From Flavobacteriales bacterium (GTDB taxonomy: Bacteria > Bacteroidota > Bacteroidia > CAIKAF01): 64,000 nt of DNA. The stretch lies in NCBI GenBank assembly GCA_025451295.1, contig JANWKQ010000168.1:911-64910 (forward strand). The letters run 5' to 3'. The notes beneath the pieces were generated by a model that saw only the letters and a program-made list of their open reading frames with translations, searched no databases and was not told the origin of the DNA. The position numbers and the translations under genes are program-made. This document shows positions 1 to 9,556 of the stretch, one piece after another; positions within the stretch are counted from its first letter, which is position 1; every line of letters begins with the position of its first letter.

Positions 1-325
1 TCTAAAACATTGCCCTTACTACTAAACCGCTCCAGTTTAAAAGAGTGATGGGTATATTTTGTCCCTTCCGCATTCAAATTCAGGGGCCGCAAAATCCGAT
101 AAACTCCTGTGCTCGCCAATAATAGGCACAATACTTACGGTGTTTTTGATCTGAACTCTTGGTTCGAGAAATTTTAGGCATTTCTTGCCGATAAAATGAT
201 CCCTTCCTGAGGGGCCTATTTTATCCATCATTCCCTTTACTTCCATCAGTTTCACAATTTGGGGTTTTGTTAATATAACGATGGATAGGGTCCAATTGTT
301 GTTGACAAAAATTCTGCTTTATCGC

Positions 326-362
326 AAAAAAAAAGCCTCCCTGACAATCTTGTCAGGGAGGC
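326..362 (-). terminator. Rho-independent terminator of the OmpA/TPR lipoprotein gene
   Basis: Hairpin GCCTCCCTGACAA/TTGTCAGGGAGGC next to A9 on the + strand (U-tract on the - strand), just past the stop at 386. Confidence 0.85.
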
Positions 363-385
363 CTTCTTTGAACCTATAAGTATGA

Positions 386-2062
386 TTAGTTAGTCAAAGA
401 CTTGAAATCACTGTTTTCACGCATTTTCAAGAACTCCAGGTCAGCCTTCGCTTTCGCTTTTAAACTGGCATCTTTAGAGATAGCTGTCTTCAAATTGTCG
501 ATCACAGCCTGGTTGCTATTTGTACGTGCAGCAGCCACAGCTTTCAGATAATAAGAAATTGCTTCGTCTTTTTCAGATGAACCATCAATGATAGCAGGCG
601 CTTTCTCTGGGTTACCAGCAAGCAATTTACCTAAAGCAGCATTGAATGAGTTTTCAGAACCATAAGCACTAACGGCTTCGTTATATTTACCTTGGGTGAT
701 ATAAACGTTACCCATGTTATGGTTGTTTTCCTGAGAACCTGATCCTTGTTTGTAGTAGCTGATTGCCTGAGTTTTGTCGCCTTTCAGCATATAAACCGCA
801 CCAATGTTATTTTTGATACCTTTTTCAGAACCGGCAATTTTCTCAGCTTTCTGGAATTCAGTTAAAGCTTCGTTTAATTTACCTTGTTTAGCATAGATGA
901 TACCGATGTTATTGTTAGCTCTCCAGTCAGATGGGAATTGGCTGGCAGTGCTTTGCAATACGGTGATCTTAGTAGCATCATCTGTGATCAAAGTTTCAAC
1001 AGTATAAAGAAGTTCTTCTAAGGTTAATTTCTTAGGATTGTTCTTAGCCAGATCAGTTAACTCAGCAGCTGTTTTTTGTCTTTCAGTGATGATTAAAGTA
1101 ATCTCAGACTTACGTAATGGAGAAAGTAATTCTTTTTCGAACTGATTGTAAGAAGCATTTCCTGCAGATTTTAACTCTGAGTTCTTAGCACCACCTTTGA
1201 TTTTATTAACCAAATCATCTTTACCAGTAAAGTTAGCTTTGCTAGCCAAAGAATTCAAACCAGCCAGGTCTTCACCGTTTCCTTTACCGGAAATGGTTAC
1301 AGTAAGCTTTTTGCCTTTGATATATCCATCAAGATATTTTTTCACTTCGTCAGCACGCTTGGTAGAAAGCTCATTGTTTTTGCCTTCTTCACCGTCTGGA
1401 GAAGCCCATCCGTTTACATCAAGAGATTTAAAGGTTCCACCATCTTTGATCTGGAAATCAACAAAAGAGTTGAAAGTTCCTTTAGACACTGAATCTTTTT
1501 CAGATGGACGGATGTTGAAACTATTGTATGGGAAGAACATGCTTACTTTTCTTGTAAGTGTAATTGGTCCGTAGTTATGTTTACCATAAACGAACTTCTC
1601 ATCTTTCTTCAACAATAAAGGAGTGATGATCGTTCCTAAGCAAATAGGATCTTTGGTCATTACAGTTCCTTTTTCTTTACCTTTCATATAACCTACACCC
1701 TTTACATGTAGCTCAGCTTCTTCCATTCCTGCAACATAAGGAATTTTAGAATTGTACTTAACAGTACCACCTGACCAGCTAAGTGTTTGACCACTTCCGT
1801 CAGCTTTTTCACCTTTTACTGCTAAAGTCTTAAATGCCTTCTCTCCTCCTTTGTATTTTAATACAGGAGTAAGATCTGCAGTACCTTTTTTAGGCATGGT
1901 TTTCTTTGGATACTCGGCAGTAATAGTTACCTCAATCGAGTCGGCCTTGTACTCTAGTGGGCAAGGCACCACTTTGTACTTAATTTTGTCTAAGTTAAAC
2001 TTGGCGCAACCAAATGTTAAAACTGAGGCTGCTACCAATAATCCAATGTTTCTGAGCTTCAT
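386..2062 (-). CDS. Lipoprotein with OmpA-like peptidoglycan-binding domain and C-terminal TPRs
   Basis: Lipobox LTFGC; GWASPDG...N..LS..RA..V OmpA-like motif; TPR-like repeats (NNIGIIYAKQGKLNEA, NNIGAVYMLKGD). Confidence 0.8.
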   Translation of the reverse strand: MKLRNIGLLVAASVLTFGCAKFNLDKIKYKVVPCPLEYKADSIEVTITAEYPKKTMPKKGTADLTPVLKYKGGEKAFKTLAVKGEKADGSGQTLSWSGGTVKYNSKIPYVAGMEEAELHVKGVGYMKGKEKGTVMTKDPICLGTIITPLLLKKDEKFVYGKHNYGPITLTRKVSMFFPYNSFNIRPSEKDSVSKGTFNSFVDFQIKDGGTFKSLDVNGWASPDGEEGKNNELSTKRADEVKKYLDGYIKGKKLTVTISGKGNGEDLAGLNSLASKANFTGKDDLVNKIKGGAKNSELKSAGNASYNQFEKELLSPLRKSEITLIITERQKTAAELTDLAKNNPKKLTLEELLYTVETLITDDATKITVLQSTASQFPSDWRANNNIGIIYAKQGKLNEALTEFQKAEKIAGSEKGIKNNIGAVYMLKGDKTQAISYYKQGSGSQENNHNMGNVYITQGKYNEAVSAYGSENSFNAALGKLLAGNPEKAPAIIDGSSEKDEAISYYLKAVAAARTNSNQAVIDNLKTAISKDASLKAKAKADLEFLKMRENSDFKSLTN

Positions 2063-2167
2063 ATATATTTTAGTTTGTAGGTTCAGGTTGCGAAAATACT
2101 ATATTTTTCAAATATAAAAGCAGAAATAGAAAATATTTGAAAATTTCACCGGGTTTTTGATAAGATT

Positions 2168-2800
2168 CTATAAGTCAAATATATATAGCCCTAATGGACG
2201 TGCTTTTTGAATTTCAGTCCGGATGCGTTCAAAATAGGATAAATCCGCCACAAAGTCCTTATTGGAGGTGTTGATCAGTAAAACCGGGATATCAGGCTCT
2301 GTCCTGAAAGCCTCCATATAATTCCTTTGGAGATTTTCGAGGTACTCATCCTTGATATTTAATTCATATGGCCGACCTCTTTTTTTAATATTTTTTTGAA
2401 GATCCTGTACGGAACTGTTGAGATAAACGATGAGGTCTGGTTTGGGAAAACTGTCAAATATGAGGTAGAATAATTTATGGAATAACTGGTACTCGTGTTC
2501 GGGCAGGTTTACCTTGGCAAAAAGCAAAGATTTAAGAATATAATAATCTGCTACCACAATCGGATTGAACAGATCCGATTTGACGAGAATCTTTTTTAAC
2601 TGCTCAAACCTTTCTCCCAGAAAAGAAAGCTCCAAGGGGAAAGCATATTTTTCAGGGTTTTCATAGAACAATGGCAAAAAGGAATTTTCAGCAAATTCCT
2701 CCAGCATTAATCTGGCATCCCATTCCCTGGCAAGCATGGTAGCCAGGGTAGTTTTGCCGGCTCCGATATTACCTTCTATGACGATGAATTGATTTTTCAT
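2168..2800 (-). CDS. Deoxynucleoside kinase (dAK/dGK family)
   Basis: IEGNIGAGKTT P-loop, LEEF...FLPLFY, PKPDLIVYL, RGRPYE; overlaps the folK stop. Confidence 0.9.
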   Translation of the reverse strand: MKNQFIVIEGNIGAGKTTLATMLAREWDARLMLEEFAENSFLPLFYENPEKYAFPLELSFLGERFEQLKKILVKSDLFNPIVVADYYILKSLLFAKVNLPEHEYQLFHKLFYLIFDSFPKPDLIVYLNSSVQDLQKNIKKRGRPYELNIKDEYLENLQRNYMEAFRTEPDIPVLLINTSNKDFVADLSYFERIRTEIQKARPLGLYIFDL

Positions 2801-3282
2801 TGCTGATTGATCTTACTTTCATCTTCACATTCAGTTAAAAGTGTTCGCATCGTTTTATCCAGTTTGGGATGTACAAAGTCTGGCATGATCTCCACTAATG
2901 GTACCAGACAAAATTTACGTAAATGTAATCGGGGGTGGGGAATGAAAAGATGATCTTCTTCGATGATTTCCTGATCAAAAAAAAGAATGTCTATATCTAT
3001 ATCCCGATCTGAATAGGTGGTTGCTGCAGTTCTTGTTCTCCCCAATTTATTTTCAATTGATAAACAATCCGTCAATACCTGTTGTGGATTATTTTTGGTT
3101 TCAACAACAACGACCTGGTTGTAAAACAGGTTATCACTTTCAAAGCCCCAGGCGTTGGAAGTATAAACGGATGATATACCAAACAATTCATACCCCAATT
3201 CCCTGAAACGGATTAAGCAATTTTTAAAAGTGTTGGTAACATCCCCTGTGTTTCCACCCAATATGAGCACTGCATGATGCAT
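2797..3282 (-). CDS. folK: 2-amino-4-hydroxy-6-hydroxymethyldihydropteridine diphosphokinase
   Basis: LGGNTGD, FYNQVV, IENKLGR, RDIDIDILFF and IPHPRLHLRKF HPPK motifs. Confidence 0.93.
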   Translation of the reverse strand: MHHAVLILGGNTGDVTNTFKNCLIRFRELGYELFGISSVYTSNAWGFESDNLFYNQVVVVETKNNPQQVLTDCLSIENKLGRTRTAATTYSDRDIDIDILFFDQEIIEEDHLFIPHPRLHLRKFCLVPLVEIMPDFVHPKLDKTMRTLLTECEDESKINQQ

Positions 3283-3345
3283 TCAGTATACCAATTTAGT
3301 AAGCATAACACCAACAAAGTTAGGTAAAAAATTCTGGAGGATATA

Positions 3346-4392
3346 CTAGTGCTTATTGGCCAACTGGCCACAAGCGGCATCAATATCTTTCCCTCGGCTT
3401 CGGCGGACGTTTACAATGACATTCCTGCTTTCGAGATAGGCAATAAAAGCCTCCGTTTTTTGCTTGGAAGCCTGTTCAAAATATCCGTTCTCAATCGGAT
3501 TGTATTCGATCACATTTACTTTACATGGAATATGTTTGCAATAATCCGCTAACTCTTTTGCGTCAGAGATATCATCATTAAAATCTTTGAAAATAATGTA
3601 TTCGTATGTGACCCTTGTTCCCGTTTTTTCATAAAAATATTTGAGGGCATCGGCCAGCAACTCTAATGGATTACTGTCGTTAATACTCATGAGCTTTGAA
3701 CGCTTTTCATTATTGGCAACATGTAATGACAGGGCCAGATTAAATTTCACCTGGTCATCAGCCATTTTTACGATCATCTTTGCAATGCCGCTTGTACTTA
3801 AAGTGATCCTTTTGGGTGACATACCTAAGGCATCCGGGGACGAGATAAGAGAGATACTCTCCATTACATTTTTATAGTTGAGCAGTGGTTCACCCATACC
3901 CATATAAACAATGTTGGAAAGTGGCAGCTGATAATTTTGTTTAGCCTGGTTATTAAGATTCACCACCTGATCGAAAATTTCGTCAGGTGTAAGGTTACGG
4001 ATCATTTTAAGTCTCGCGGTGGCGCAAAATTTACAGTCAAGGCTGCAGCCAACCTGCGAAGAAATACATGCTGTCATTCTTTTAGGGGTGGGAATAAGCA
4101 CACCCTCCACCACCTTTCCATCGTGGAGGGAAAAGGCGGATTTAATGGTCTTGTCTTTACTTTTTTGTGAGGTGAGGGTCTCCAGTTGGTGGATGGTAAA
4201 GTTATCTTCCAGAAATTGGCGTAACGGCTTGGATACATTGCTCATGGCCTCAAAACTCACCACATGTTTTTGCCAAAGCCATTGGTAAACCTGGTCGGCT
4301 CTGAAAGATTTTTCGCCCTTTTCAATAAAAAGCGTTTTTAGTTCATCTTTGTCAAAGCTTCGTATATTTGGCTTTATGTCTGCGGATGCCAT
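3346..4392 (-). CDS. rlmN: 23S rRNA m2A2503/tRNA methyltransferase (radical SAM)
   Basis: CISSQVGCSLDCKFCAT, MGMGEPLLN, RGKDIDAACGQL. Confidence 0.96.
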   Translation of the reverse strand: MASADIKPNIRSFDKDELKTLFIEKGEKSFRADQVYQWLWQKHVVSFEAMSNVSKPLRQFLEDNFTIHQLETLTSQKSKDKTIKSAFSLHDGKVVEGVLIPTPKRMTACISSQVGCSLDCKFCATARLKMIRNLTPDEIFDQVVNLNNQAKQNYQLPLSNIVYMGMGEPLLNYKNVMESISLISSPDALGMSPKRITLSTSGIAKMIVKMADDQVKFNLALSLHVANNEKRSKLMSINDSNPLELLADALKYFYEKTGTRVTYEYIIFKDFNDDISDAKELADYCKHIPCKVNVIEYNPIENGYFEQASKQKTEAFIAYLESRNVIVNVRRSRGKDIDAACGQLANKH

Positions 4393-4400
4393 AGGGCAAA

Positions 4401-4428
4401 TTTACGATTTACGATCTTGGATTTACGA
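4401..4428. repeat. Heptamer tandem repeat (TTTACGA x4, one degenerate)
   Basis: tttacga tttacga tcttgga tttacga read directly. Confidence 0.7.
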
Positions 4429-4441
4429 TTAATACAGATAT

Positions 4442-4861
4442 ATGAGAGCTTTTTTGTTATTTATTATGTTTGGTATGGCGGTTGGATCGATAAAGGCACA
4501 ATCAGTTGAAACGACCCTCACCGGCATTATGAAGATCCAGTCGGACGCCTGGAACAATGGTGATGTTGACGGATTTATGAAATATTACTGGAATGATCCT
4601 GAGTTGCGGTTTGTGTCTGCATATGGTGTTTCTAAAGGTTGGCAGCAGGTGTACGACAATTATAAGGCCTCATATCCTGATAAGAAAGCAATGGGTTTTC
4701 TTACTTTTGACAACCTGGTGTTTGACAAGATGAATACCAAAATGTATATGGTAACGGGTAGTTGGCATTTGCAAAAAGAGGCAGAGGCAGGAGGATGGTT
4801 TACGCTGATCTTTAAAAAATTTAAAAAAGACTGGCTGATCATTTATGATCATACCAGCTAA
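4442..4861 (+). CDS. Secreted NTF2-like/SnoaL-like (DUF4440) protein
   Basis: Signal peptide; AWNNGDVDGFM..YW, GWQQVYDNY, C-terminal IIYDHTS. Confidence 0.8.
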   Translation: MRAFLLFIMFGMAVGSIKAQSVETTLTGIMKIQSDAWNNGDVDGFMKYYWNDPELRFVSAYGVSKGWQQVYDNYKASYPDKKAMGFLTFDNLVFDKMNTKMYMVTGSWHLQKEAEAGGWFTLIFKKFKKDWLIIYDHTS

Positions 4862-4907
4862 ACAATAATCAACTCAAATAATTGTTATTATTGCAATGGT
4901 TTTTAAC

Positions 4908-5294
4908 ATGGTCACTAAAGTCACAGAGGGTATAGAAGTATCGGTAGATACGATCTACGAGGAAGGTCAATCAAGACCTACTGACCGTCTGTATTTGTTT
5001 TCATACCATGTTACCATCGAAAACCGTACACCGGAAAAAGTACAATTACTTCGTCGCTATTGGCAGATCTTCGACAGCAATGGAGAATACAGGGAAGTGG
5101 AAGGTCCTGGTGTAGTGGGGGAGCAGCCGATCTTGCTGCCTGGTGAAAAATATTCCTACGAATCTTTCTGCAATCTTAAAACGGATATGGGAAAAATGAA
5201 AGGGACATATACCTTCGAAAGATTGAAGGACAGAAAAATGTTCATCGCCGAAATCCCGGAGTTTAAAATGATTGTTCCCAGCAAATTGAATTAA
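4908..5294 (+). CDS. apaG: ApaG protein
   Basis: YLFSYHVTIEN, QLLRRYWQI, EVEGPGVVGEQP; start placed at MVTKVTEG (4896 also possible). Confidence 0.92.
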   Translation: MVTKVTEGIEVSVDTIYEEGQSRPTDRLYLFSYHVTIENRTPEKVQLLRRYWQIFDSNGEYREVEGPGVVGEQPILLPGEKYSYESFCNLKTDMGKMKGTYTFERLKDRKMFIAEIPEFKMIVPSKLN

Positions 5295-5315
5295 AAATCT
5301 GAAACGTATTCAAAT

Positions 5316-5343
5316 AAAAAAGGCGTTTATATGAACGCCTTTT
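5316..5343. terminator. Bidirectional terminator between apaG and the epimerase gene
   Basis: AAAAGGCGTTT-ATAT-GAACGCCTTTT between convergent genes. Confidence 0.8.
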
Positions 5344-5363
5344 GATTTTAACATAGTTGCAAT

Positions 5364-6359
5364 CTATTTCTTCTTCGGATCCAGCATGCCTTCTTCTTTC
5401 ACCCATTTCAAAGTAGGTTCAAGAATTTCACGTGCACCGCGGAACTGAACACCTAATTCTTCTTTTGCTTTTGTATTATCTACAAACCAGTATTTAACCG
5501 CATAAGGAATAACAGCCGGTTCAAAACCAAAACCAATTCCAAATGTTTTGCTGAACCAGGCAAGTCTCATCAGCATTCCCCTTCCAATTGGTTTGATCGG
5601 TTTTTCCACACCCAATAACTCCAATGATACTTTGGCCAGATCGTTAAACTCCATGTTATCACTACCCAAAATATATCTTTCTCCGCTTTTTCCTTTTTCA
5701 AAAGCAGCAACAATTCCATTCGCTACATCATCAACATAAACAATAGAAGTTCCACCTTCTGCCAGTTGAACCGTTTTGGTAGTGGCAAAATCGATCAGGT
5801 TACCACAGGTAATTTTATCATAATCATATGGGCCATATACTTCAGTAGGGTTTACAATCGTAATGGGTTGACCCGCTTTGGATCTTTCAATACAATATTC
5901 TTCTACTTCTTTTTTGGCATGCGCATAAGTATAATGCTTGTTCTTTGGTAAAGTAAGAGGTGATTTTTCGTTCAGGATTACTTTCTCATCTGTTCCATCA
6001 ATAGCGGTGGATGAACTTACATATACCACTTTTATATTTCCATTTTCTTTGGCTGCATCCAACACTTTTTTGGATCCTTCAATAACCACCATCGGCATTT
6101 TTGATGATTTAATATCTTTCCAGTTGGATAAACTGGCGAGATGAATAACACCCGTACAACCTTTCATGCCCTCTTTTAGTGAATTGGCATCTGTAATATC
6201 GCCATCGAATCTTTCGAATTTCAATGTATCAATCCTGCGGGTATTGGTTGTTTTTCGAAGCAGGCATTTTACCTCATAGCCGTTTTCCAACAATTGTTTT
6301 ACTACACGGCTTCCTATGAATCCGGCGCCTCCTGTTACAAAAATTTTTCCTTTACTCAT
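5364..6359 (-). CDS. NAD(P)-dependent epimerase/reductase (extended SDR, dihydroflavonol-reductase/HpnA-like)
   Basis: VTGGAGFIGS, VIHLAS, YAHAK (YxxxK), NPTEVYGP, GERYILG. Confidence 0.85.
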   Translation of the reverse strand: MSKGKIFVTGGAGFIGSRVVKQLLENGYEVKCLLRKTTNTRRIDTLKFERFDGDITDANSLKEGMKGCTGVIHLASLSNWKDIKSSKMPMVVIEGSKKVLDAAKENGNIKVVYVSSSTAIDGTDEKVILNEKSPLTLPKNKHYTYAHAKKEVEEYCIERSKAGQPITIVNPTEVYGPYDYDKITCGNLIDFATTKTVQLAEGGTSIVYVDDVANGIVAAFEKGKSGERYILGSDNMEFNDLAKVSLELLGVEKPIKPIGRGMLMRLAWFSKTFGIGFGFEPAVIPYAVKYWFVDNTKAKEELGVQFRGAREILEPTLKWVKEEGMLDPKKK

Positions 6360-6432
6360 GATTTAGTTATTTATTTTTTGGTTGACAAATATACGTGTTT
6401 AGTTACTTTCCTTCCAAGGGTTAACCCTGATA

Positions 6433-7809
6433 TTATCCAACGGTTTGTTTTGGAAATGAAACATCTGCGTAATCTTTCCTGATCCTGGAGAGGTGTTCTG
6501 CCGTTTTGGTTACTGCAAAGCTGAGTTCTTCTTCCGTATGGTCACAGGTAATAAAGAACCTAAGTCTTGCTTCCTCTTCTGCTACTGCGGGATATAAAAT
6601 AGGTTGAACATTAATACCATCCAGAAAAAGAGCATTAGCTAATAACAAAGCATGGGCAGAGTTACCAGTAATAACCGGCACAACAGCCGAATCCTTGCTT
6701 GGTCCGGTATTAATTCCTTCTTCGTTGCACAATTTAATGAATAAGGTCGCATTGGTAACCGCTTTTACACCTCTCCAACCTTCCGTCTTCATGATTTTTG
6801 CGGCAGCCAGGGCAGCGCCTGCATTCTGTGGGGTAATTCCTACACTATAAACAAAACCAGGGGTATTATATTTTAAATAATCCACCAATACTTTTTTCCC
6901 TGCAATATATCCACCGCAACTGGCATAGGATTTACTAAAAGTACACATCCACATATCTACCTCATCGCGTTTAACGTTGTGATAATCGCCAACACCTAAA
7001 CCATTCGGGCCAATTACCCCCATCGAATGAGCTTCATCCATAAATAACAGGCAATTGTATTTCTTTTTTATTTCTATCAATCGCGGAAGATTACAAATAT
7101 CACCATCCATGCTAAAAACACCTTCTGTAGCAATCAATACTCTTTCGTAATCGTTGCGAACTTCCGCAAGAATTTTTTCCAATTCATCTAAATTTTCATG
7201 TGGATATGCAATTCTTCTTGCGCCGGATAAAAGACAACCTTCAATAATAGAATTATGTGCCAATGAATCATAGATCACCAGATCTTTACCTGCCCGTAGG
7301 ATATGGCCAATGATTGTTACATTCGTTGCGTGACCACTTACTAAAACGATTGCATCTTCCACCTGGTGAAGCTCGGCAATTGTTTTTTCCAATTCAAGGT
7401 GAATCGGTCTTTCACCGGTAGCAATTCTACTGGCGCTAACCGATGTCCCAAATTTATCTGCGGCATCCTTTGCACCTTGTGTAACCCTTGGGTCACCACT
7501 CATTCCAGTATAGTTATAACTGGAGAAGCTGATGTATTCTTTACCGCCGATTCGGGTTTTATCATTTACAATACCCTCATTAACCCGAAAATACGGATTC
7601 TCAACGTGCAACATTTCGAGGGTCTTATACTGGTTGGCCAGGGTTTGTACCTCAGGCCATTGATTGAAATCTGCAAATTTTGATGTGTCCTTATCTGCGG
7701 TTTCAGTAGTGGTGCTCAAGGTAGTAGCGGTCTTTACCGCCTTTTCCTTCATCATCTTTTTTAAAAGCTCCCTTTTCTCTTCAATCGACAGATTTTTGTT
7801 ATCCGACAT
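6433..7809 (-). CDS. PLP-dependent alpha-oxoamine synthase (AONS/SPT superfamily, RkpG/WcbT-like subtype)
   Basis: SYNYTG, GTSVSASR, VSGHATNV, HNSI, EGVFSMDGD, DEAHSMG, TFSK (PLP lysine), ARLRFF. Confidence 0.85.
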   Translation of the reverse strand: MSDNKNLSIEEKRELLKKMMKEKAVKTATTLSTTTETADKDTSKFADFNQWPEVQTLANQYKTLEMLHVENPYFRVNEGIVNDKTRIGGKEYISFSSYNYTGMSGDPRVTQGAKDAADKFGTSVSASRIATGERPIHLELEKTIAELHQVEDAIVLVSGHATNVTIIGHILRAGKDLVIYDSLAHNSIIEGCLLSGARRIAYPHENLDELEKILAEVRNDYERVLIATEGVFSMDGDICNLPRLIEIKKKYNCLLFMDEAHSMGVIGPNGLGVGDYHNVKRDEVDMWMCTFSKSYASCGGYIAGKKVLVDYLKYNTPGFVYSVGITPQNAGAALAAAKIMKTEGWRGVKAVTNATLFIKLCNEEGINTGPSKDSAVVPVITGNSAHALLLANALFLDGINVQPILYPAVAEEEARLRFFITCDHTEEELSFAVTKTAEHLSRIRKDYADVSFPKQTVG

Positions 7810-7900
7810 AGCTTAAAAATTTTCAGCGAAGCTATGAATTTTTGAGGAAACTGGAAAGTATGGAAGGAGGTTTAAATAGCTGACAATCAATACTAAAACC

Positions 7901-8659
7901 TTAATTGTTCAACCGTATTCCTTTCCCCTCCAAATAAATAGTATGATTTAAGTAAACGACCGAATTTTTTGTTCTATAATCAATTTCATTGGTTTCGATG
8001 TAGATCACATCAAACAAGTTCCCCTCTTCAAGCTTACCGTAGTCAAACTTCACATATATAAACTCTCCAGGACTTAAGGTTTTTTTCGGAATGGTTATAT
8101 TGGCTTCCTTGCTTAAGGTTTCAATCGAAGTTATCACCAGCTCTTCTTCACCTTCGTTCCAGCATTTTAGTAAACGTATTCCTGAATCTTCATCAACATC
8201 AACGATTCCAAAATCAATGTCACCAGTTTCAAGTTCAGGATGAGGCTTTTCTTTTACTTTTCCAAAAACATAGATATCATATTTCTGATAAATAGGTCGT
8301 CCAGTGCAAAAACTATCTATGATCTCGTTGGTTTCAATCGTGATAATTTCATTGAGGTTCCCACGGTATTCAGTTTTACATCGGATAAGAATCACACCTG
8401 TATCTCCTGGGGCTATTGTATCCGTTGTGGTTTGATAGTCGGTGAAAAATTCTTCCGGGTATTCTACGGTCAAAGGAAATTTACCTGAATTTAAGTATTG
8501 GAGCTCGTATCTGCATTCGGCCACATCATCATATACATTCCCAAAATCGATGGTATCTGTTTCGGGTTGAAAATTATTCTGAGCGATGACGTTACTATCG
8601 AGGATAATAAATCCTATAAAAAGTGTCAATGGTTTAAATATGAATGACAATTTCATCAT
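7901..8659 (-). CDS. Secreted protein with two DUF1573-like Ig-fold domains
   Basis: Signal peptide; IDFGNV...N.G..PL...I.PG..G.I pattern occurs twice; ATGA overlap with the upstream paralog. Confidence 0.7.
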   Translation of the reverse strand: MMKLSFIFKPLTLFIGFIILDSNVIAQNNFQPETDTIDFGNVYDDVAECRYELQYLNSGKFPLTVEYPEEFFTDYQTTTDTIAPGDTGVILIRCKTEYRGNLNEIITIETNEIIDSFCTGRPIYQKYDIYVFGKVKEKPHPELETGDIDFGIVDVDEDSGIRLLKCWNEGEEELVITSIETLSKEANITIPKKTLSPGEFIYVKFDYGKLEEGNLFDVIYIETNEIDYRTKNSVVYLNHTIYLEGKGIRLNN

Positions 8660-9396
8660 TTTAAAAGTATGTTTCCAGTTACGGAAATATCCAGGGTTAA
8701 AAACTCAAGTGGAAATACATTGATCGCCTGATTGGTGCCGATACTGATGTTAGCTTCAAATGTACCGGTCTTCTTCATATTGTAAATGATCTTTACATAG
8801 CCTGTTTCATTGGGTTTGATAACGCTTGGGGTTTCGGCTGTTAGGTATTGATTTGTTGAGGTCACTTCACCAAAGATGAGGTCTTTGGTACCTTCATTTG
8901 TCACTTCATACAAACGTATTCCCGAATCTTCATCTCCATACACACTGCCAAAATAAATGCGATTGTATTGGTATGATTGGATATAAGGCCCGGGGGGCGA
9001 CAAAACTTTTCCAAGAACTTTGACCGTATGTGATTTATAGATCGGATATCCTTCGCAATGCATGCTGTCGATCTCATTGGTAGTAATCGTGATCGTTTTA
9101 TTAATGGGGCCTATTCTTGTAATATTATATTTTACTTTTATTACACCAGATTTTCCGGGCGGAAATGGTTCCCTAGGCCAATATGGAACAAGACAGCCAC
9201 AGGATGATTTTACTTCGTGGAAAACCAGCGGTTCATTTCCTGTATTGGTAAATTCCAGATGACGAACACCCGAGTCAAGATCGGAATATATCGTCCCAAA
9301 ATCAATCACATCTTTAGCCGTGAATACCGGACCTGATTGTGCATTCAAGATAATTTGCACTACAATGGTCAGAAAGAATAATGCTGCATTTTTCAC
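8656..9396 (-). CDS. DUF1573 domain protein (two Ig-like domains)
   Basis: IDFGTI, FTNTGNEPL, SSCGCLVP, PGKSGVIKVKY, NKTITITTN. Confidence 0.8.
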   Translation of the reverse strand: MKNAALFFLTIVVQIILNAQSGPVFTAKDVIDFGTIYSDLDSGVRHLEFTNTGNEPLVFHEVKSSCGCLVPYWPREPFPPGKSGVIKVKYNITRIGPINKTITITTNEIDSMHCEGYPIYKSHTVKVLGKVLSPPGPYIQSYQYNRIYFGSVYGDEDSGIRLYEVTNEGTKDLIFGEVTSTNQYLTAETPSVIKPNETGYVKIIYNMKKTGTFEANISIGTNQAINVFPLEFLTLDISVTGNILLK

Positions 9397-9503
9397 CTCG
9401 GTTTTTCTTTCGAAAATAGCGAATGTGAACTTTATCAGACTATTTTTTGGAACGGTTAACCCTTGTTTAACCTTCGTTGGGAAATTTTTAAGAAAAAACC
9501 TGC

Positions 9504-9537
9504 AAAAAAAGACCTGTTCATCGAACAGGTCTTTTTT
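9504..9537 (-). terminator. Terminator downstream of the RNase E/G gene
   Basis: A7-GACCTGTTC-atc-GAACAGGTC-T6. Confidence 0.85.
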
Positions 9538-9556
9538 ATATACGTTATTGTATTAG

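Noticed and set aside
37..255. 72-aa minus-strand ORF at the window edge
   Set aside because: No recognisable motif and the context is cut by the window edge; it cannot be supported as a gene
6433..7809. Calling the PLP enzyme bioF or spt
   Set aside because: No biotin genes nearby and the motifs fit the RkpG/WcbT-like subtype better; the substrate cannot be read from sequence
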